Shown: positions 25,016-40,485 of the stretch, in pieces
Layout of the letters: every line of letters begins with the position of its first letter
How positions within the stretch are numbered: position 1 is the stretch's first letter
DNA from: the human T2T-CHM13v2.0 reference genome, Homo sapiens
NCBI RefSeq assembly: GCF_009914755.1
Contig: NC_060947.1
Length of the DNA stretch: 64,000 bases
Reading direction: 5' to 3' (one strand)
Program-made: the position numbers and the translations under genes
The notes under the pieces: generated by a model
What the model was told of the DNA's origin: nothing
Database searches by the model: none
The model's input: only the letters and a program-made list of their open reading frames with translations

Positions 25016-25914
25016 GTAGAAGTATGTTTGTGTCAAAGAGACCAAACAATTTCGACGGTTGAATAATTCCAGCTATACAGCATGAAGGAGAGAAAGGAGG
25101 GCACAGTAGTTCCTCCATGTCTAAAGACTTCAGGTCAACTAGGATGTGGTCCCCTTTAAGAAAACTGCCTCCTAAGTGCCCAGCCAATAAGGTGGCAAAT
25201 TTTAGATGAGACAGATTTCATCTTCTCTCAGTGCCCCCTTTGGCTGCTCCAAGCATAGGGTTTGGAACAACAAGAGGGGATAACCCAAAGCTATTTGCAT
25301 AGGTCACTAAAGGATAAAACTAAATGGGCCAGGCATGAGGATCTTGAAGTATTTATCCAATTCTGCCTTGAGAGCTCTGTTCAGGTTTAGAAGCTTTCCT
25401 GAGCATATACATATCTGTACCTGTGCTTAGGACTAGGACAAGGGGAGGACACCATAACACTGTTATTTCTTCAACAGCTTCATTGTGTTACATTAGCTTC
25501 CTTTTGTTGGAGGGATGGTGTGGTTGAATACTCAGAGTAAGAGGGAAAGTGAATAGAATCAGCTGATATGCATTTTTAGCTCTCTATCTTCCAGGTCCAC
25601 TTCTTGTCATCTTCTTTCCATAAACCTGAGCATATCATACCTGGCCTCATTCATACCAGGACAGCATCAGCTCACTCCTTAGCAAAATTTAGGGTGTATG
25701 GGAAGCTTGGGACCATGAGAAGGAATAGAATTGAAGAGATGAGTAATATGGGGTAGGGTCACTTGGCCAACTGATAAACTTGTATATTAATTTTATATTA
25801 TGCCCCCCTTTTTAAGTCAGTGAGTTGGGCTTCATTTCTTCCCAAGGCCATGCACACTTTTAAGAAAAGTGTGCATACTTGAGAAAAAAATCTAACTGTA
25901 TTTTCAATGCAATT

Positions 25915-28706
<2,792 letters not shown>

Positions 28707-29269
28707 GCTATATTTTATTATGAACGTTCTCCTGATAAAAAGGCAATGACAGATCCAGGCCCAATATCCCCCACTTATAAACATTCAGAGGTATTAAAAT
28801 AGATTGTTTCTTGCAAAAGTTTATGTTTAAAATCAAGAAAAACTTTTCTCAGTGAATCTCCAGTGGACTTCTCGTGTCTAACTGACCAGTTTTTTCTTAC
28901 ATGCCAATACCTAAACAAATCATTGACAAAAATATGTGTCCTCATGATTGGCTTAACTCCATTAAGATTTATTCCATAAGGCTGTTGAGAGCACCATCCC
29001 TTGAAACACATGAAATAAAAGTATTTAAAAAAATCAGAATTATTTTACCCAAAAAGTGGGTAATGGCTCTTAAGTAGGCACACAACTGTATTTACTACAC
29101 AGGGCACAATAAAATTACAGCCATGGCAGCCCACAGCTACAATAGGCTGTCTAATAAGAAGTAGCAAAATTTCAAAATGAAGGAGCCAGTTGTTCCTCTA
29201 GGTGGGCAGTGATAATAACCAGCAAAGCAAATAAGTGACACTGGGAAGTGGCAGCATAAGGTAGGAATT

Positions 29270-29500
29270 CAAAGCATGGAATATGAAATCAGACAGATTT
29301 AGTCTCAAAATCCAGCCCTTTATTAGTAGCTGCATAACTAACATGTCATTTACCTCTTCTCTATATTAGTCCCCTTTATTTATAAAAATGAGAAGACAAT
29401 CAGTTTACCTGTCCCAGAAAGTGTTTTAGATCATTTATTAAGATAACTGTGAATAAAGGTTGCTATTTCCATATACAAAGTAAATGCTCAAGACCTATTT
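29270..29500 (+). mobile_element. MIR
   Basis: AAATCAGACAGATTTAGTCTCAAAATCCAGC...TATTAGTAGCTGCATAAC...TATAAAAATGAG. Confidence 0.65.
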
Positions 29501-29767
29501 TTGTTTTGTTTAGTTGTATTTTTTCCTGTGGATACCACCACTATTATTCTATGGAAAATCCATCAATTTGAAGTTGAAAAGCAAAAGTCTAGTCTACTTG
29601 AGGTCACAGATGAAATAAAGTGGATATAAAGGCGTTCTGCAGATAATGAAATAAAGACGCGAGAAAGGAAATAAATTAGAAAACCATTATCCAAAAACAA
29701 CAACAGTAGGTCACAATCGTCCTTATTGTAAAAGTTAATGGATGACCTCATCATGATGGTGGAATAG

Positions 29768-30134
29768 TGCAATGGTGTGAATGTTTGTGTCCTCCCTTCC
29801 CAAAATTTACAAATCAAAACCTAATCTCCAATGTAATAGTTTCAGAAAATGGTGTTTTAAGAAATTATTAGGTCATGAGGGCACAGCCCTCTAGAGTGGG
29901 ATTTGTGACCTTATTAATAAAAGATTCCAGAGAGATAGCTAGCTCCTTCTACTGTGTGAAGACACAGGTAGGAGTTGCCAACTATGAGGCAGAAGGCCTT
30001 CACTAGACATAAAATCTACTGGCAACTTGATCATGGGCTTCTCAGCCTCCAGAATTGTAAGCAATACGTTTCTGTTGTTTATAAGTTATCAAATCTCAGA
30101 TATTTTGTTATAGCAGCCAGGATGAACTGAGGAA
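29768..30134 (+). mobile_element. MLT1A-like (MaLR) solo LTR
   Basis: TGCAATGGTGTGAATGTTTGTGTCC...CAGCCTCCAGAATTGTAAGCAATA...TTTTGTTATAGCAGCC. Confidence 0.85.
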
Positions 30135-30259
30135 ACTAGGGAATTTCAGAAATTCAAACTCTTTGTCATTCTATGAATACATATTTTTTATAAATCTGAA
30201 GACTTTCTAGAGCTTCTTTAAAGGAGCTCTAGAAAACAGTAAAAAAGAACTACAACAAC

Positions 30260-30710
30260 TGATAAGGTTTGGCTCTGTGTCCCAAACCAAATCTCATCTT
30301 GAATTTTTCCCCTTAATTCCCATGTGTTGTGGGAGGGACCCAGAGGGAGATAATTGAATCATCAGAGCAGTTTCTCCCATACTGTTCTCCTGGTAGTAAG
30401 TAAGTCTCACAAGATCTGATGTTTTTTTAAGGGGTTTCTGCTTTCACTTCCTCCTCATTCTCATCTCTTGTCTGCCACCATGTGAGATGTGCCTTTCATT
30501 TTCTGCCATGATTGTGAGGTCTCCCCAGCCATGTGTAACTGTAAGTCCATTAAACCACTTTTTTTTGTAAATTGCTCAGTCAGTGGTATGTCTTTATCAG
30601 CAGCATGAAAATGCACTAATACAGTAAATTTGTACTAGTAGTGTGGGGTACTGCTGAAAAGATACCAGAAAATGTGGAAGTGACTTTGGAACTGGGTAAT
30701 GGGCAAAGTG
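30260..30710 (+). mobile_element. THE1 5' LTR (30260-30623) plus ~87 bp of THE1 internal sequence
   Basis: TGATAAGGTTTGGCTCTGTGTCCC...CTAATACA, then GTAAATTTGTACTAG...AAAATGTGGAAGTGACTTTGGAACTGGGTAA (start of MaLR internal region). Confidence 0.92.
30351..30361 (+). promoter_or_regulatory. DUX4-type double-homeobox motif in the THE1 LTR
   Basis: Exact TAATTGAATCA; DUX4 is known to bind MaLR LTRs through this motif; occupancy here is untested. Confidence 0.5.
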
Positions 30711-30879
30711 GAGTTTTACCTCAGGTCTGACATACAGTGGGTTCAGTGTGCCCCAGACTCATCCTGTGGTCTTTGCCCCAGTGCCAGAATGCATAATTGG
30801 CATGGACATACTTAGCAGCTGACAGAATCCCCACATTGGCTCCCTGACTAGTAGAATGAGGGCTACTATGGTGAGAAAG

Positions 30880-33440
30880 GAAGCCATTAGAGCTGCCTCT
30901 ACTTAGAAAAATAGTAAATCAAAAACAATATCACATCCCTGAAGGAATTGTGGAGATTAGTGCCACCATCAAGAACTTGAAAGCGGTAGAGGTGGTGATT
31001 CCCACCACATCACTCTTCAACTCTCTTATTTAGCCTTTGCAGAAGGCAGATGCATCTTGGAGAATTACAGTAGATTATCATAAGCTTCCCCAAGTGGTGA
31101 CTCCAATTTCAGATGCTGTACTAGATGATGTGGTTTCATTGCTTGAGCAAGTGAACACATCTCCTGGTACCTGGTACGCAGACATTCACTTGGCAAATGC
31201 TTTTTTTCTCCATTTCTGTCCAGAAGGCCCACCAGAAGCAATTTGGCTTCAGCTGGCAAAGCCAGCAATATACCTTTACTGTCATACCACAGGGTTATAT
31301 CAACTCTCTAGCTTTGTGTCATACTCTTATTCAGAGAGAATTTGATTGCTTTTCACTTCCACAAGATATCACACTGGTCCATTACATTGATGACATTATG
31401 TTGATTGAATCCAATGAGCAAGAAGTAACACATTAAATTTATTGGTGACACATTTACATGACAGAGGATTGGAAATAAATCTGACTAAAATTCAGGGACC
31501 TTCTAACTAGGTAAAATTTGTAGGGGTACAGTTAAATGGGGACTGTGGAGGTATTTCTTCTAAGGTAAAGGATAAATTGCTGCATTTGTCCTAGAACCAG
31601 AAAGAGGCACAATGCTAGTGGGCATATTTGGATTTTGAAGGAAACACATTACTCATTTGGGTGTGTTACTCTGGTCCATTTATTGAGTGGCCTGAAGGGC
31701 TGACACTTTTAAGTGGGGACTCAGAACAGAAGAGTACTCTGCAACAGGTCCAGGCTGCTGTGCAAGCTGATCTCCTACTTGGGCCATATGACCAAGCAGA
31801 TCCAATGGTGCTTGAGGTGTCAGTCACAGATAGGAATGCTGTTTGGAGCCTCACGCAGGCTCCCATAGGTGAATCACAGCAGAAGCCTCTAAGGTTTTGG
31901 AGCAAGGCCCTGCTGTCTTCTGCAGATAACTACTCTTTTTTTTTGAGAGACAGCTTTTGGCCTGTTACTGGGCTTTGGTAGAAACTGAATGTTTGACTAT
32001 GTGTATTCAAGTCAGTATGCAAACTGAACTGCCTATATTGAACTGGGTGTTTTCTGACCCATCTAGCCATAAAGTGGGTTCTTCACACAAACATTCCATC
32101 ATGAACTGGAAGTGGTATATATGTGTTTGGTCTTGAGCAGGTCCTGAAGACACAAGTAAGTTACACGAGAAAATGTCTCAAATGTCCATAGGCTCCACTC
32201 CTGCCACCGTGTCTTCTCTTCCCGAGCCTGCACTGAAGGCCTCATAGGGACTTCCCTATGATCAGTTGATGGAGAAAGAGAAGACTAGGGCCTGGTTCAC
32301 AGATGGTTCTGCACGATATGTAGGCACCACCCAAAAGTGGGCAGCTGCAGCACTATAGCCCCTTTCTAGGACATCCCTGAAGGACAGCAGTGAAGGGAAA
32401 TCTTTCTAGTGGGCAGAACTTCAAGCAGTGCACCTGGTTGTGTACTTTCCATGGAAGGATAAATGACCAGATGTGTGATTACGTACTGCTTCATGAGCTG
32501 TAGCCAAGTGTTTGGCTGGATGGTCAGGGACTTAAAAGATGCATGATTGAAAAATTGATGACAGAGAAATTTGTGGAAGATATATGTGAATCGACCTCCC
32601 TGAGTGGTCAAAAACTGTGAAGATATTTGTATTGCATGTGAGTGCTCACCAACAGGTGACCTCAGCAGAGGAGGAGTTTAATAATCAAGTGGACACTACA
32701 CAGCCTCTTTCCCCAGCCACCCCTGTCATCGCCCAATGGACCCATGAACAAATTGGCCATGGTGGCAGGGATGGAAGTTACACATCGGCTCAGAAACATG
32801 GACTTCCACTCACCAAGGCTGACCTGGGTACGGCCACTGCTGAGTGCCCAATTTGCCAGCAGCAAAGACCAACACTGAGCCCTCGATATGACACCCCTCC
32901 TCGGGGTTATCAGCCAGCTACCTGGTCGCAGGTTGATTATATTGGACCTCTTCCATAATGGAAAGGGCAGAGTTTTGTCATCACTGGAATAGACACTTAA
33001 CTCCAGATATGGGTTTGCCTATTCTGCATGCAATGCTTTTGCCAAAACTACCATCTGTGGACTCATGGAATGCCTTATCCACTGTCATGGTGTTCCACAC
33101 AGCATTGCCTCTGATGAAGGCACTCACTTTAAGGCTAAAGAAGTGCAGCAGTGGGCTCATGCTCATGGAATTCACTGGCCTTACCATATTTCCCATTATC
33201 CTGAAACAGCTGGATTGATAGAATAGTGGAATGGCCTTTTGAACTCATAATTACAATCCCAAGTAGGTGACAATACTTTGCAGGGCTGGGGAAAAGTCCT
33301 CCAGAGAGCCATGTATGCTTTTAATTGGCTTTCAATGTATGGTACTGTTTCTCCCATCGCCAGGATTCACAGGTCCAGGAATCAAGGGGTGGAAGTGGAA
33401 GAAGCACCATTCACTATGACCTCTAGCGATCCACTAGCCA
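30880..33440 (+). pseudogene. pol: ERV-L pol (RT-RNaseH-integrase), multiply disrupted
   Basis: [16 protein letters not shown]; [13 protein letters not shown]; [10 protein letters not shown] (YIDD at 31383-31394); AWFTDGSA near 32290; integrase HEQIGH...CPIC and QVDYIGPLP. Confidence 0.92.
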
Positions 33441-33447
33441 GTTTTTT

Positions 33448-33717
33448 TTGCTTCCTGTTCCAGTGACATTACGTTCTGCTGTGACTAGATTCTTAGTTCC
33501 AGAGGGAGGAATACTGCAACCAGGAGACACAACAATGATTCCATTATACTGGAGGTTAAGATTGCCACCTGGACACTTTGGGCTCCTCCTACCTGGAAGT
33601 CAACAGGCTAGGAAGGGAGTTACAGTGTTGACTGGGGTGATTGACCCAGACTCTCAAGATGGAATCAGTCTAGTACTCCACAATGGAGATAAGGAAGAGA
33701 ATACATGGAATATATGA
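33448..33717 (+). pseudogene. ERV-L dUTPase-like remnant
   Basis: LQPGDTTMIPLYWRLRLPPGHFGLLLP...GVTVLTGVIDPDSQDGISLVLHNG in the integrase-distal position typical of ERV-L. Confidence 0.85.
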
Positions 33718-34283
33718 GATCCATAAGGGCATCTCTTAATACTACCATGCCCTGTGATTAAAGTCAATGGAAAGCTACAACAGTCCAATCTAGGAAAGAC
33801 TACAAATGGCCCAGGCCCTTCAAGAATGAAGATTTGGTTCACTTCACCTGAAAATAAAATGGCCTGCTGAGGTGCTTGCTGAAGGCAAAGGGTTACAGAT
33901 TGGGTAGTACAAGAAGGCAGTCATCAATATCAGCTATGACCAAGTGACTAGCTGCAGAAATGAGGACTGTGATTGTCATGAGTATTTTCTCTTTCTTTAG
34001 TTAAAAACAGGTTTGTGCATGTATGTACACTTATACTAAGAAAATATCTTTTTATTTTCTTTATCCTTTGTCATGTGACATAAGATTAATTGATGTTGTA
34101 TCAACATGAAAGTATTGTTAAGTTTATGTTATAGTATTTGGGTTGGATATTGGTGTATTTTTGGTTGTATGAAGGATAGTTGTATGTTGTTTGGTGTAAT
34201 TATGACATTATTATTGTATTTATTTGAAGATTATGTATGATCTGAGGAGATATGTATGGGTTCAAGTTTACAAGAGGTGTACT

Positions 34284-34732
34284 TGTGGTGGTTAATACTG
34301 AGTGTCAACTTGATTGGGATAAAGGATGCAAATTATTGTTCATGGGTGTGTCTGTGAGGGTGTTGCCAAAGGAGATTAACATTTAAGTCAGTGGGCTGGG
34401 AAAGGCAGACCCACCCTTAATCTTGGTGGGCACGATGTAATCAGCTGCCAGCATAGCTAGAATATAAAACAGGCAGAAAAACGTGAAAAGATTAGACTGG
34501 CCTAGGCTCCCAGCCTACACCTTTTTCCCGTGTTGGATGCTTCCTGCCCTCAAACACTGGACTCCCAGTTCTTCAGTTTGGGACTTGGAAAGGCTTTCCT
34601 GGATCCACAGCTTGCAGATGGCCTATTGTGGAATCTTTTGATCATGTGAGTTAATACTTAATGAACCCCACTTTGTATCTATCTATGTATATCCTATCAG
34701 TTCTGTCTCTGTAGAGAACAATAACTAATACA
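34284..34732 (+). mobile_element. MLT2A-type 3' LTR of HERV-L
   Basis: 449 bp, TGTGGTGGTTAATACTGAGTGTCAACTTGATTGG...CTAATACA. Confidence 0.93.
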
Positions 34733-36522
34733 GAGGGGTTTAATAGCAGATTTGAATAGGTGGAACAAAGGATCAGCAAACCTGAAAAGAGCCTAAGAAA
34801 CATTGAAACACCATCAAGCAGACCAATATACACATTATACATGTTTTAGGAGTAGAAGAAAGAGAGAAATGGGAAGAGGTTTTAACTGAAGAAATAATGG
34901 CTGAAAATCTTCCATATTTGAGGAAGGATATAGATCTACAAATCCAATAAGTCTAACCAGCTGCAAGTGGAATGAAAGAGAAATATTCACACTAACACAT
35001 ATTATGATCAAATTGTCAAAAACCAAAGTCAAAGAGACAATTTTAAATGCATTGAGAAACAAAAATGACTCATTAAGTATAAAAAATCTATATAATGCTC
35101 TTAGTAGATTTCCCATCAGAAATCTGCAAGGCCAGAAGGCAGTGGGATGATATATTTAAAGTGCTGAGAGTAGAAAACAACTGTCAACTAAGAATTTTAT
35201 ATCTGAAAAGAATTGTTCTACTAAAATGGAGCATAAACTGATAACTTCCCAGATAAACAAAAGCTGGGGGATTTTATTGCCACTAGACATACCATGTATG
35301 AAATCATAAAGGGAGTAATTGAAGTTAAAATTAAAGGACATTAGACAGTAATGAATCAATATGAAAATATAAAGTCCTTTGGTAAAACTGGGCACATAAA
35401 AAAATATTTTTGAAAGTGTTACTGTAATTTTGATTTGTAACTCCACTTTTTAATTTTTTATTTTATTTTTATTTTCTACAAATTTAAAAAAATAAATGCA
35501 TAAAAATAATTGTAAACTTATGAGTATGTAATACATAAAGATGTAATTAGTAATATCAATAAAATCAAGGGAGGAGTGGAACAGTAAAGGGGTAGAGTTT
35601 TTGAATGTATTAAAGTTGTGTTGGTATTAATATAAAACAGGTTATAACTTTAGGTGTTATATGTAATCCTCAGGTTAGCTACAGAGAAAATATCTATAGA
35701 AATGAGAAGAAATTGAAATGTGCTACCACAAAAATCAACTAAACACAATGAAAAGTAGTAATAGAGGCAGGCAGAATAAAAAAAAAGCTATAATATATAC
35801 AGCAACAAGTAAAAAAAATGGTAAAAGGAAGTCATTCTCTATCAGTAATTACTTGTAATAAAATTGATTAACTTCCAATTTAAAATATATATATTATCAA
35901 TCTAACTATATGCTGTCTACAAGAGATTCAATTTAGATGCAAAAGCTTAAATAAATTGAAAGTGAAAGTATGAAAAAACATACTCCATGCAAAAAGTAAT
36001 CAAAAGAGAACATGGGTGGCTATTTTGCTAAAATAAAGTTTAAGTCAAATCTATTACAAGAGGCCAAAAAAGATACTAGATATTTATAAAAGAATCCATT
36101 TACCAAGAAGTAATATTTATTATAAATATATATATATATAAAACTCCAAAATATGTACTGTAAATATAGACAGAATTAAAGTGAGAAATTGGCATCTCTT
36201 TATTAATGGTAGCATACTTCATTATCCCACTTTCAATAATGAATAGATAACCAGGTAGAAAATCAACAAAGAAAGAGAGGACTTAAATAACAGTATAGAG
36301 AAACTTGACCTAACAGACATATTCCAGACAGCAACAGAAGAATACACATCTTTCTCAATACACACAAGGAGCATCCTCCAGGATATTGTACATGCTAAGC
36401 CAAAAAACAAGTCTTTATGTTTTTTAAAATATTGAAATAAAGAGTAGCTTTTGAAACTAAATGGAATAAAGCCAGAAATCATTAAGAAAAAGACGGGATC
36501 TTGAAAATCAGTGGAAATTAAA
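34733..36522 (+). mobile_element. Old L1M (L1MB-like) ORF1 to endonuclease region
   Basis: AATAGCAGATTTGAA...GGCCAGAAGGCAGTGGGATGATATATTTAAAGTGCTG (ORF1); TGCTGTCTACAAGAGA (CCLQE endonuclease motif). Confidence 0.85.
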
Positions 36523-38076
36523 CAATGTACTTTTTTTTTTAAACTTCTATTTTAAGTACAGGGGTACATGTGCAGGAAGTGCAGGTTCGTTACATAGGTG
36601 AACATGTGTCATATGGGTTTATTGTAATCATTATTTCATCACCCAGGTATTAAGCCTAGTATTCAATGGTCATTTTTTAAAATCCTCTGCCTCCTCCCAC
36701 CCTCTACCCTCTCATAGGCCCCAGTGTGCATTGTTTCCCTCTATGTAGCCATGTGTTCTCATCATTTAGCTCCTACTTACAAGTGAGAATACATGGTATC
36801 TGGTTTTCTGTTCCTGTGATATTTTGTTAAGGATGATGGCCACCAACTCCAACCATGTCCCTGCAAAGGACATATCTTATTCACTTTTATGGTTACATAG
36901 TATTCCATGGTGTATATGTATCACATTTTCTTTATCCAGCCTATCATTGCTGGGCATTTGGGTTGATTCCACGTCTTTGCTATTCGGAATAGTGCTGCAA
37001 TAGACATATGTGTGCATGTGTCTTTATAATAGAACAATTTATATTCGTTTTGGTATATATTCAGCCATGGGATTGCTGGGTCTAATGGTATCTCTGACTT
37101 TAGGCCTTTAAGGAATCACCACACTGTCTTCCACAATAGCTGAACTAATTTACACTCTCACCAACAATGTATAAGCGTTCTTTTTCCCCACAACCTTGCC
37201 AGCAACTGTTATTTCTTGACTTTCTATTAATAGCCATTCTGACTGGTGTGAGATGGTATCTCATTGTGGTTTTGATTTGCATTTCTCTAATAGTCAATGA
37301 TGTTGAGCTTTATTTAGTATGCTTGTTGGCTGCATGTATGTCTTCTTTGAAAATTGTCTGTTCATGTCATTTGTTCACATTTTAATAGTTTTTTTTGAAA
37401 ATTGTTTAAGTTCCTGATAGATGCTGGATATTAGACATTTGTCAGATACATAGTTTGCAAAATTTTTCTTCCATTACGTAGGTTGTCTGTTTACCCTGAT
37501 GATAGTTTCTTTTGCTGTGCAGAAGCCCTTTAGTTTAATTAAATCCCATTTGTCAATTTTTGCTTGTGTTGCAATTGCTTTTAGCATCTTCATCATGAAA
37601 TCTTTGCCTATGCCTATATTCTGAATGGTATAGCCTAGGTTGTCTTCCAGGATTTTCATAGTTTTGAGATTTACATTTAAGTTTTAATCCATCTTGAGTT
37701 GATTTTTGTTTAAGGAAGAGGTCCAGTTTCAATTTTCTGCATATCGCTATCCAGTTTTCTCAGAACCATTTATTGAATAGGGAGTCATTTCCCCATTGCT
37801 TGTTTTTGCTAGGTTTGTTGAAGAATGGATAGTTGTAGGTGTGGTTTTATTTCTGGCTTCTCTCTTCCATTTCATTGTTCTATGTGTCTGCTCTTGGACC
37901 AGTACCATGCTGTTTTGGTTACTGTGGCCCTGTAGTACAGTTTGAAGTTGTGTAGCATGATGCCTTTAGTTTTGTTCTTTTTGCTTAGGATTGCCTTGGC
38001 TATTTAGGCTCCTGTATGATTCCATCTGAATTTTAAAATAGTTTTTATCTAATTCTGTGAAGAATGTCAATGGTAG

Positions 38077-38594
38077 GTTTTTTTATCATTATTTTCTTTT
38101 TTTTAATTATTATTATACTTTAAGTTTTAGGGTACATGTGCACAATGTGCAGGTTAGTTATATATGTATACATGTGCCATGCTGGTGCTCTGCACCCACT
38201 AACTCGTCATCTAGCATTAGGTATACCTCCCAATGCTATCCCTCCCCGCTCCTCCCACCCCACAACAGTCCCCAGAGTGTGATGTTCCCCTTCCTGTGTC
38301 CATGTGCTCTCATTGTTCAATTCCCACCTATGAGTGAGAATATGCGGTGTTTGGTTTTTTGTTCTTGTGATAGTTTACTGAGAATGATGATTTCCAATTT
38401 CATCCATGTCCCTACAAAGGACATGAACTCATCATTTCTTATGGCTGCATAGTATTCCATGGTGTATATGTGCCACATTTTCTTAATCCAGTCTATCATT
38501 GTTGGACATTTGGGTTGGTTCCAAGTCTTTGCTATTGTGAATAATGCCGCAATAAACATACGTGTGCATGTGTCTTTATAGCAGCATGATTTAT
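38077..38594 (-). mobile_element. Young 5'-truncated L1 (L1PA2-like) nested in the older L1
   Basis: CAGGTTAGTTA and CACCCACTAACTCGTCATCTAGCATTAGG (GAG type, not the L1HS ACA/ACG); TSD core ATGGTAG at 38070-38076 and 38595-38601. Confidence 0.92.
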
Positions 38595-40433
38595 ATGGTA
38601 GTTTAGTGGGAATAGCATTGAATCTATAAATCACTTTAGGGAATATGGCCATTTTAACTATACTAATTCTTCCTATTCATGACCATGGAATGTTTTCCTA
38701 TTTGTGTCATCTGGAAACAAGAATATTTTGACTTTCTCTCTTATTTGGATGCCCTTTGTTTCTTTCTCTTGCCTGATTGCTCTGGCCAGGACTGTCAATA
38801 CGATGTTGAATAGGAGTGGTGAAAGAGGGCATCCTTGTCTTGTGCCAGTTTTCAAGGGGAATGCTTTCAGGTTTTGCTTATTTGGTATGATGCTGACTGT
38901 GGGTTTGTCATATATGGCTTTTATTATTTTGAGGTATGTTACCACAATATCTAGTTTATTGAGAGTTTTTAACGTGAAGGGTTGTTTAATTTTATTGAAA
39001 GAGTTTTCTGCATCTATTGAGATAATCCTGTGGTTTTGTCTTTAGTACTCTTTATGTGATGAATCACTTTTATTGATTTGTTTATGTTGAGCCAACATTG
39101 CATTCCAGGGATAAAGCCTCCTTAATTGTGGTGAGTAAGCTTTTTGATGTGCTGCTTGATTCACTTTGCCAGTATTTTGTTAAGGATTTTGCATCAATGA
39201 TCATCAAGGGTATCGGCCTAAAGTTTTCTCTTTCTGTTTTGTCTCTGCCAGGATTTGGTATCAGGATAATGCTGGTCCTATATAATGAGTTAGAACGATA
39301 TCCCTTCTTTTCAATTATTTGAAATACTTTCAGCAGAAATAGTTCCAGCTCTTCTTTGTACAGCTGGGAGAATTCAGCTGTGAATTCATCTGTTGTTGGG
39401 CATCTTCTGTTGGTAGGCTGTTTATAACTGACTCAATTTTAGAGCTTGTTATTGCCTATTTAGGGATTCAATTTCTTTCTGGTTCAGTCTTGGGAGGGTG
39501 TATGTGTGCAGGAATTTATCCATTCATTTTTAGATTTTCTAGTTTGTGTGCATTCATAATATTCTCCTTTTATTTGTATTTCTGTGGGGTCAGTGGTAAT
39601 ACCATTTTTTCTTTCTGATTGTGTTTATTTGAATATTCTCTCCTCTCTTTTTTATTAGTCTCACTAGTGATCTATTTTATTACTCTTTTTCAGAAAACCA
39701 GTTATTGGATTTGTTAGTCTTTTTGAATGGTTTCTTGTGTCTTAATTTCTTTCAGTTCATCTCTGATGTTGATTCTTTCTTGTCCTCTGCTACCTTTGGG
39801 ATTTCTCTCTTGATTCTCTATTTTTTTTTAATTATGATATTAGGTTGTTAAATTGAGATCTTTCTAACTTCTTTATGTGAGCATTCAGTGCTGTAAATTT
39901 TCAACTTAACACTGCCTTAACTGTGTCTCAGTGATTTTGGTATGTTGTATTTATCTTCTTATTAATTTCAAATAACTTCTTGATTTCTGCCTTAATTTTA
40001 TTGTTTACCCAAAAGTCATTCAGGAGCAGGTTATTCAATTTCCATTTAATTGTATGGTTTTGGATGAATTTCTTAGTCTTGATTGCTAATTTGCTTGCAC
40101 TATGGTCTGAGACATTGTTATCATTTCAGTTCTTTTGAATTTGCTGAGTAGTGTTTTATTTCTGATTATGTGATTCATTTTAGAGTATGTGACACATGGC
40201 AATAAGACTAATGTATATTCTGTTTTTTTGGGTGGAGCATTCTCTCCATGACTATCAGGTCCATTTGATCCAGTGTTGAGTTCAGGTCTTGAATATATTT
40301 GTTAATTTTCTGTGTCAATTATCTGTCTAATATTGTCAGTGGGGTGTTGATGTCTTCCACTATTACTGTGTGGGAGTCTAAGTTTCTTAAGGTCTACAAC
40401 AACTTGTTTTATTAATCTAGGTGCTCCTGTGTT

Positions 40434-40435
<2 letters not shown>

Positions 40436-40483
<48 letters not shown>
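40436..40483. repeat. (AT)24 microsatellite inside the L1 endonuclease region
   Basis: Uninterrupted AT run, expanded from the L1 GCATATATAT seed. Confidence 0.97.

Positions 40484-40485
<2 letters not shown>

Larger units (their letters stand above)
30711..34283 (+). mobile_element. HERV-L internal region (end of protease, pol, dUTPase, PPT); gag and 5' LTR missing
   Basis: RT, RNase H, integrase and dUTPase remnants in ERV-L order; no env; PPT-like CAAGAGGTGTACT before the LTR. Confidence 0.95.

Noticed and set aside
30711-33717. Functional or domesticated RT/integrase/dUTPase system
   Set aside because: Standard HERV-L layout with many stops and frameshifts; no ORF longer than about 120 aa
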